Source of the DNA: Tubulanus polymorphus
Lineage: Eukaryota; Animalia; Nemertea
Length of the DNA stretch: 64,000 nucleotides
Assembly (NCBI RefSeq): GCF_964204645.1
Contig: NC_134033.1
Coordinates: 9,432,655 to 9,496,654, forward strand
Reading direction: 5' to 3'
Part shown: positions 58,076-64,000 of the stretch, piece after piece
Position numbering within the stretch: the first letter of the stretch is position 1
How the letters are laid out: the number at the start of each line of letters is the position of its first letter
Program-made: the position numbers and the translations under genes
Notes under the pieces: model-generated
Database searches by the model: none
What the model saw: the letters and a program-made list of their open reading frames with translations, nothing else
What the model was told of the DNA's origin: nothing

Positions 58076-58510
58076 ATGGAAGATAAAGTTGATAGTATTG
58101 ATATTATTCCTCATGATATAAATAAAACTAAATTAAAAACATATTTAGAAAAACAAATATTAGAATTTGAAAGTGACTTAAAGATAAAAAAGAAAAAATA
58201 TTTAAAAAGTAAAATTATATATTATTTGATTATAAGTGGTTCGGTTACAATTAGTTCTGTAATAACATTTCTAGCAATATTCAGCCCATTAACACCTTTA
58301 GCTATATCAATTGGTGTATTAGGATTATCATCAAGTGTTTTAACTGGTATAAGTTCAAAATTAAATATAAAAAGTAATAAAGAAAAAATAAAATCTAATA
58401 TAAAAGAAATTAATAAATTAAAGAACACACTAGATTATATAATAAGTTTAAATGGTCATATAACAGTTGAAGAACAAGATAAATTATTAAAAGAATTAAT
58501 AAATTATTAA
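58076..58510 (+). CDS. 144-aa two-TM protein (copy E)
   Basis: Near-identical to copy C. Confidence 0.8.
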   Translation: MEDKVDSIDIIPHDINKTKLKTYLEKQILEFESDLKIKKKKYLKSKIIYYLIISGSVTISSVITFLAIFSPLTPLAISIGVLGLSSSVLTGISSKLNIKSNKEKIKSNIKEINKLKNTLDYIISLNGHITVEEQDKLLKELINY

Positions 58511-58526
58511 TTTTTTAATTATATAA

Positions 58527-59915
58527 ATGGTAGATAGTTTTCCAAAAGCTTTCCAATATAATAAATCAATTAAATATAATATTCCAACAATAGATTTTAA
58601 TAAAGATATTACATATAGAAATGAAGTTTTAGATTCATTAATTGATTTACATATTTATGTTACTGAAACTAATAATTTTAATGCAAAGATGGAAAATATA
58701 TTTCATGTATATTTAATTAATTTTAAAAAATTGAAAGATGAAAAACAATGGTTATTAAAATCTAATATGAAGTATTGGCAGAACCAATTAAATTTTGCTG
58801 TTTATTGTGCAACAACAGGATGTGGAATTAGTTGGAATGATCATTTGAATAATTCTAAATATAAATTAATTCAAAGTTTATTTAGATTTCATACATACTT
58901 TCAAATAAGAATAATATTAAATGAATTAGAGTGCGCTTTACCAGGATCTAGGTATTTCAAAGAATTAGATAATAATATTAATTTATCAAAGTTTTATAAG
59001 ATTTGCAATGAATTTAATATAGATATAAATAATTCTGATTTTAGAACAAAAATTGGAACAATAAGATCACTTCCTTGCCCTAGAAAGATTGCAGAATATT
59101 GTGCACTTCCCATACCATCTAATAGTTTTTATAATATCTATAATAATAAATTAGGTTATGGTAAAATAGAAACTAAGGATTTAGAAACATTAAATTTCAA
59201 TAAATTGCCGAAATTTTATGATCATTTAAAACAAGAAAACAATAATGGTTGGGTATACTTTATTTTAGAAAATAGTGAAGGTTTTACTAAATCAGGTATA
59301 GAAAGAATAAATCAATCTATTAGAACTTATTTGATATGTATTTTAGGTGCGCAAGTTGAAACAAGATCACCGATAATTGGAAATTTGAATACATCATTCG
59401 ATACACAAAAACAATTTAAAGTTTTATTTGAAGATTCCATACATAATGATAAAAATAGATCTATTCCAGAAAACATTATAAGATATCAAAATTATTTAGA
59501 TAAATCTCATGTAAGACTTAATTATTGTATAGGCCCTAATCTATTAATTATTTCTAATGATTTAGTATTAAAGATGGGAAATATAATTGGTTATAATAAT
59601 CTAATTAAAACTGCAACAATAAATAATTCATTTGGGTTAAATGATATAAATAAAAAGATTATCACTGCTCCAAAATTAATGGAAGGTGAAAAAAATAAAA
59701 AACACATTCAATCAACAGAAACTAAAACTAAGAATATAAAATTGGATAATGATTCTAAAATAAAAGATTACAATACATCAGAAAATATAAAAACTGATAA
59801 AATTCAACATGATATAATTAAAACTGATAATGATAATAAATCACATGAAAATACTAAATTAGCTATAACTTGTATAGGAATTGTAATCGGAGGAATATTA
59901 TATTTTAAATTTTAA
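58527..59915 (+). CDS. 462-aa TM-anchored putative virion protein (copy E, A-type allele)
   Basis: Near-identical to 3025..4413. Confidence 0.82.
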   Translation: MVDSFPKAFQYNKSIKYNIPTIDFNKDITYRNEVLDSLIDLHIYVTETNNFNAKMENIFHVYLINFKKLKDEKQWLLKSNMKYWQNQLNFAVYCATTGCGISWNDHLNNSKYKLIQSLFRFHTYFQIRIILNELECALPGSRYFKELDNNINLSKFYKICNEFNIDINNSDFRTKIGTIRSLPCPRKIAEYCALPIPSNSFYNIYNNKLGYGKIETKDLETLNFNKLPKFYDHLKQENNNGWVYFILENSEGFTKSGIERINQSIRTYLICILGAQVETRSPIIGNLNTSFDTQKQFKVLFEDSIHNDKNRSIPENIIRYQNYLDKSHVRLNYCIGPNLLIISNDLVLKMGNIIGYNNLIKTATINNSFGLNDINKKIITAPKLMEGEKNKKHIQSTETKTKNIKLDNDSKIKDYNTSENIKTDKIQHDIIKTDNDNKSHENTKLAITCIGIVIGGILYFKF

Positions 59916-59931
59916 TTTTTTTATTATGTAA

Positions 59932-61377
59932 ATGGATGTAGAAGGTGGAGAAGATATTCCATTGGATGACATGGGAAATAATAATGAAGGATATATTGAT
60001 GATGAACCACAAACCGATTTTAATAAAACTAATATTGATAATGATGATGAATCAGCATATAATTCTAATTTAACTACACCCCAATTTATTGACAAAGCAC
60101 GTTCAAAGATAAGTATTGAAAATGAAGTACCAGAAATAACAGAAAAAGAATACAATTATAATGAAATTATTCATGAATTTAAACCAATATTAAAAAAATC
60201 TGGTTTCAATATAACAGATAAAGATATGGATAAATTAGCAAAAGATTTGAAATATTTAAATGGTGATTATTATTGGAAATTGAAAGGCGACTATTATTTT
60301 AAGATTTCAAATCTTAAAAGTAGCAGTAATGATAAAATAATAACACAATCAACTTCTAATTTATTAGAACAATCTAGAATTAAGAAAATCAATAATGATG
60401 TTATAACTGATGTTACAAAAAAAGAAAGAATTGTTAATTTAAAAGAATTTAAACAAAGAAATGCTAATTTTTTTAAGATAATTAATGCAAATTTAAGACA
60501 AAAAAAAATTCCTAAAGAAGTTATTAATTCCAAAACTAGTAAACCTAATTCAAGAGAAGTTCAAACTGAAAAACTTTTACCAAATGGATTACTTGATGCA
60601 ACAAATCAACAATTAGAAGATTTAGATATATTTTCTGATAAAGCAATAAGAGAAATTGTTAGTATAAGACTTGCATCTGAAAAAATTGCATATAATAAAA
60701 GTATAAGAGATATTAAAATTAGAACTTTAGAAAAAGAATTAACTGATAAAAATAAAGAAATAGAACAATTAAAGTCTGATTTAGATCATCAAGTAATTGA
60801 TGAAATAGAATATAAACAAAAAGAATTACGTTTAGAAAAAGAAATAGATGATTTAAAATATAACAAAGAATTACAAAAAGAAGAAAGAGATACATTGTTA
60901 AAATCATATGATTATAATATTAATAGATTAAAAGTTATTTTTAAAGATTTGTTGATTAAACCAAATTCTGAAATATCATTAAAAGACAGGATGAAGTTAT
61001 TATTTAAATTAGAAGGAATAACAATTCTTTCAATTCTAACAGCTGTAACTATGTTATTTACAACAATTGGTTTAGCAATATCAAATGCTTTGAAATCTAC
61101 TCCCACTCCCAATAAACCAGATAAACCTCCAGGTAATAATTCTATACAAGATAAAGTTAAGGATGGTTTAAAGAAATTAGCAAAATATTTATGGGAACTA
61201 TCAAAGAAATCTGCTGCAGCTTTACCAGGAGTTATTGCATCAATTGTTGGTTTTATATTGAAATCTGCAGGAAACATTATTAACTTTGCTGCTGAACATA
61301 TTATTTTATTTTTAATTACAGTTGTAAGTGCTATTATTTTTGGTTTAGTAAATATGATATCAAAAAATATCAAGTAA
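59932..61377 (+). CDS. 481-aa coiled-coil/TM protein (copy E)
   Basis: Homologue of 31435..32901. Confidence 0.82.
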   Translation: MDVEGGEDIPLDDMGNNNEGYIDDEPQTDFNKTNIDNDDESAYNSNLTTPQFIDKARSKISIENEVPEITEKEYNYNEIIHEFKPILKKSGFNITDKDMDKLAKDLKYLNGDYYWKLKGDYYFKISNLKSSSNDKIITQSTSNLLEQSRIKKINNDVITDVTKKERIVNLKEFKQRNANFFKIINANLRQKKIPKEVINSKTSKPNSREVQTEKLLPNGLLDATNQQLEDLDIFSDKAIREIVSIRLASEKIAYNKSIRDIKIRTLEKELTDKNKEIEQLKSDLDHQVIDEIEYKQKELRLEKEIDDLKYNKELQKEERDTLLKSYDYNINRLKVIFKDLLIKPNSEISLKDRMKLLFKLEGITILSILTAVTMLFTTIGLAISNALKSTPTPNKPDKPPGNNSIQDKVKDGLKKLAKYLWELSKKSAAALPGVIASIVGFILKSAGNIINFAAEHIILFLITVVSAIIFGLVNMISKNIK

Positions 61378-61421
61378 ACCATGATATCAAAAAATAAATA
61401 ATTAATTTTTTTGTTAAATAA

Positions 61422-62669
61422 ATGAGTGGGAGTTATATAAGTCCGTCGAAGAATCATAGAATATCTAATGCTATTAAAGCAGAAAGATCACATCATATAA
61501 TTACTCATAATCCTTCAAATATTAATCCCGATGAAACTTTATATGTTAGAATTCCTAGATTAACACAAAATACTTTTTATGTTCCAAATAGTATTTATTT
61601 ATCAGCCGATATAAAAGTAACTGGTCATGATAATAATTATGTTGTCGATAATGTTGGAAGATATTTGATTAAAAAGTTAACAATAAAGATTGGTTCAGAA
61701 ACAGTTTTCTCATTAGATGATTATAATTTATTTATGTATTATAAAGATTTATGGTTAACTAAAGAAAATAGAAATAATATGATATTTCAAGGTATTCAAT
61801 CGGAAAACCATAATAAATTAAGATCTGAAGCCAATAACGCAGTAGTAAATAATAGCGTAGATAATTTGATTAAAAAGATTTATGGAAGTAAATATAAAAT
61901 TCCATTAGACTTTGAATTGATAAATAATAATGCACCTTTATATAAATACGCAATTTAAGAAGATATTATATTTGAGATAACATTTGCTCCTGTAAATGAA
62001 ATTGTATTATCTAGCGTTGTTAAAGATATGGGTTATAAATTATCGAATATATGTTTAGAATATAACACAGTAACTAATGAAAATATTGCTAGCACAATTC
62101 AAACTCAATACAATCAAGGATTTTCATTATTATATGATTATATTGATAAATTTAAAACTGTAACTATTAATGCAAATGATGAAATAATTAATGAGAATAT
62201 TAACTTTCCTAGAAGATCTATTAAAGGTATATTAATATTTTTTACCATTGCAACATATTCTAATGGCGCAATAAATGTTGATAATTATTATAATCCTGAA
62301 ATAACAAAAGTAGAAATAACTATCGAAATAATAGCAAATAAAATATTTTGCCAAGGAATGAGAATGATAGACCAATGGCCAGAAATTAGAAAACATTTTA
62401 TGAATGAAAAAGTAAAATCATCTGAAAATTGTAATATTAATCAAATTGATTATTATACCGGTAATAAATATGCATTATGGTTAGATTTTAGAACAACAGA
62501 GGATAATTCATTACATGGTTCTGGGAAAAAACTACAGAACACTAAAGATGGAATACAATTATTCATGAAAAAGAAAAAAGGAAGCTTAAATTTCAAAATG
62601 CACATTTATATTATATCTGACGCACAATTAAATATTGTAAATTCACAATTAGATAGTATTCAATATTAG
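61422..62669 (+). pseudogene. Major capsid protein with an in-frame stop at 61956 (copy E)
   Basis: CAA-to-TAA change at YAI*EDI; otherwise collinear with 30142..31389. Confidence 0.85.
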
Positions 62670-62699
62670 AAATATAAAGTTAAAATTAAGGATATATAA

Positions 62700-63827
62700 A
62701 TGAGTGGTAAAAAAACTCCTAATACTAAAGAACAATATTTAAGAAATTTATATTACAACCCTGAGAGTTCGGTTGCTTATTCTTCTACTAAAAATATATG
62801 GCGTAAAGTAAAACAAGATAAATTAGATAAGATAATCCCACAAAATTTAGTTAAATATAAAGATATAAATGAATTTATGTTAGAACAACCAACGTATACA
62901 ACACATAAAAAAATTGTTAGAAAATATAAAACTCGTAAAACTATGGTAAGTTATGTAGATCAACAGTGGCAAGGAGATTTAATTGATATGAAAAATCTTA
63001 AAAAAGATAATGATGATTATTGGTGGATATTGAATATAATTGATATTTTTAGTCGTTATGTATGGAGCTTCCCACTTTATAGAAAAGATGCTGCACAAAC
63101 ATCACATGTTTTAAGAAAATTTCTTTCAGGTGGTAAACTAAAACCAGAAAAAATTCAATTTGATAATGGAAAAGAATTTGATAATTCATTAGTTCATGGA
63201 CTTTTAGATTTTCATAATATTAAATATTTTTCAACAAAATCGGATAAAAAAGCAGCAGTTGTTGAACGATTTAATAGAACATTAAGAACAAGAATGTGGA
63301 AATATTTTACAGCAAATAATACTTTTAAATGGATTGATGTTTTACCAAAATTGATAGAAGGATATAATAATTCTTATCATTCTTCTATTGGAATGAAACA
63401 TATTGATGCTAGAAAACCTGAAAATGCTGAAATTGTTTGGAATAATTTATATGGAGCATTTCTTGTAGATGATTTTGGTGAACCTAAATTTAAAGTTGGT
63501 CAAAATGTTAGAATTTCTAAGTATAAAAAGATATTTGACAAAGGATACGATCGAAATTTTACTAGGGAAATATATAAAATAAAAAAGGTAATAACAACAA
63601 AACCATATGTCTATAGATTAGAAGATTTAGATGGTGAAGAAGTTGATGGATATTTTTACGAAGAAGAATTAAGTTTAACTACTGAAAATCTAGAACAAGA
63701 ATATAAAATTGAAAAAGTACTAAAAACAAAAACTGTTAAAAGAAAAAAATATTCTTTAGTAAAATGGGTTGGATGGCCAGATAAATTCAATGAATAGATA
63801 TTATCAAGTAAAATTAAAAATATATAA
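62700..63827 (+). CDS. Divergent rve integrase with chromo-like domain; premature TAG ~10 codons before the natural end
   Basis: WQGDL, QFDNGKEF and VVERFNRTLR; SLVKWVGWPDKFNE*ILSSKIK. Confidence 0.9.
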
Positions 63828-64000
63828 ATGAATAAGGAATTATTTATATTTGAGCCTCATAATATGTTAATTTCTGGTGTAACAAATTGTGGAAAAACTT
63901 ATTTTATATTAAATTTATTAGAAACTGTTTACAAAAACTATTTTGATAATATAGTATTATTTTGTCCAACATATGAATTTAATCAAACTTATGATAGAAA
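63828..64000 (+). CDS. Packaging ATPase, partial (runs off the window)
   Basis: MNKELFIFEPHNMLISGVTNCGKT. Confidence 0.88.
   Translation, partial: MNKELFIFEPHNMLISGVTNCGKTYFILNLLETVYKNYFDNIVLFCPTYEFNQTYDR

Larger units (their letters stand above)
49790..64000 (+). mobile_element. Polinton copy E: divergent replication module, opposite orientation, runs off the window; left terminus not recognisable
   Basis: Order is polB(+intein), ZnF-VLTF3 (-), penton, membrane cassette, MCP, integrase, ATPase. Confidence 0.9.

Noticed and set aside
1-64000. Prokaryotic prophage or contaminant origin
   Set aside because: The rve integrase with chromo-like domain, 6-bp TSD, gypsy-like gag with PBS and lack of Shine-Dalgarno patterns indicate eukaryotic Polintons. 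No rRNA or tRNA genes were recognised.

Overview
About 90% of this very AT-rich window is a cluster of five related Polinton/Maverick (polintovirus-like) elements, separated by short host-repeat spacers and a Ty3/gypsy-like gag fragment. The host is a eukaryote, probably an invertebrate animal (inference only). Copy C (23302-41176) is complete, with 372-bp TIRs, a 6-bp TSD (ATTGTT) and open ORFs for pPolB, rve integrase, A32-like ATPase, major capsid and minor capsid proteins. Copy A (1438-9877) is internally deleted. B (11745-~22959) is a left half and D (~41795-49410) a right half. E (~49790 to beyond the window end) has a divergent polB and integrase and a different gene order. Four observations stand out. 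(1) E's pPolB carries a 355-aa LAGLIDADG intein at the YFD|TDS catalytic motif. (2) E encodes a multi-zinc-finger protein ending in a poxvirus A2L/VLTF-3-like late transcription factor domain, and most genes start in a poxvirus-like TAAATG context with two classes of upstream motif. Together these suggest a virophage-like hyperparasite of a pox-like cytoplasmic virus. (3) Every terminus is a 187-405 bp fold-back whose arms co-vary between copies and whose non-Watson-Crick pairs are G.T or G.A on the 3'-terminal strand. (4) A cassette of small membrane proteins with hypervariable segments sits between the two capsid genes, and no adenain-type protease is visible. All family assignments come from motifs recognised by eye; no searches were run.
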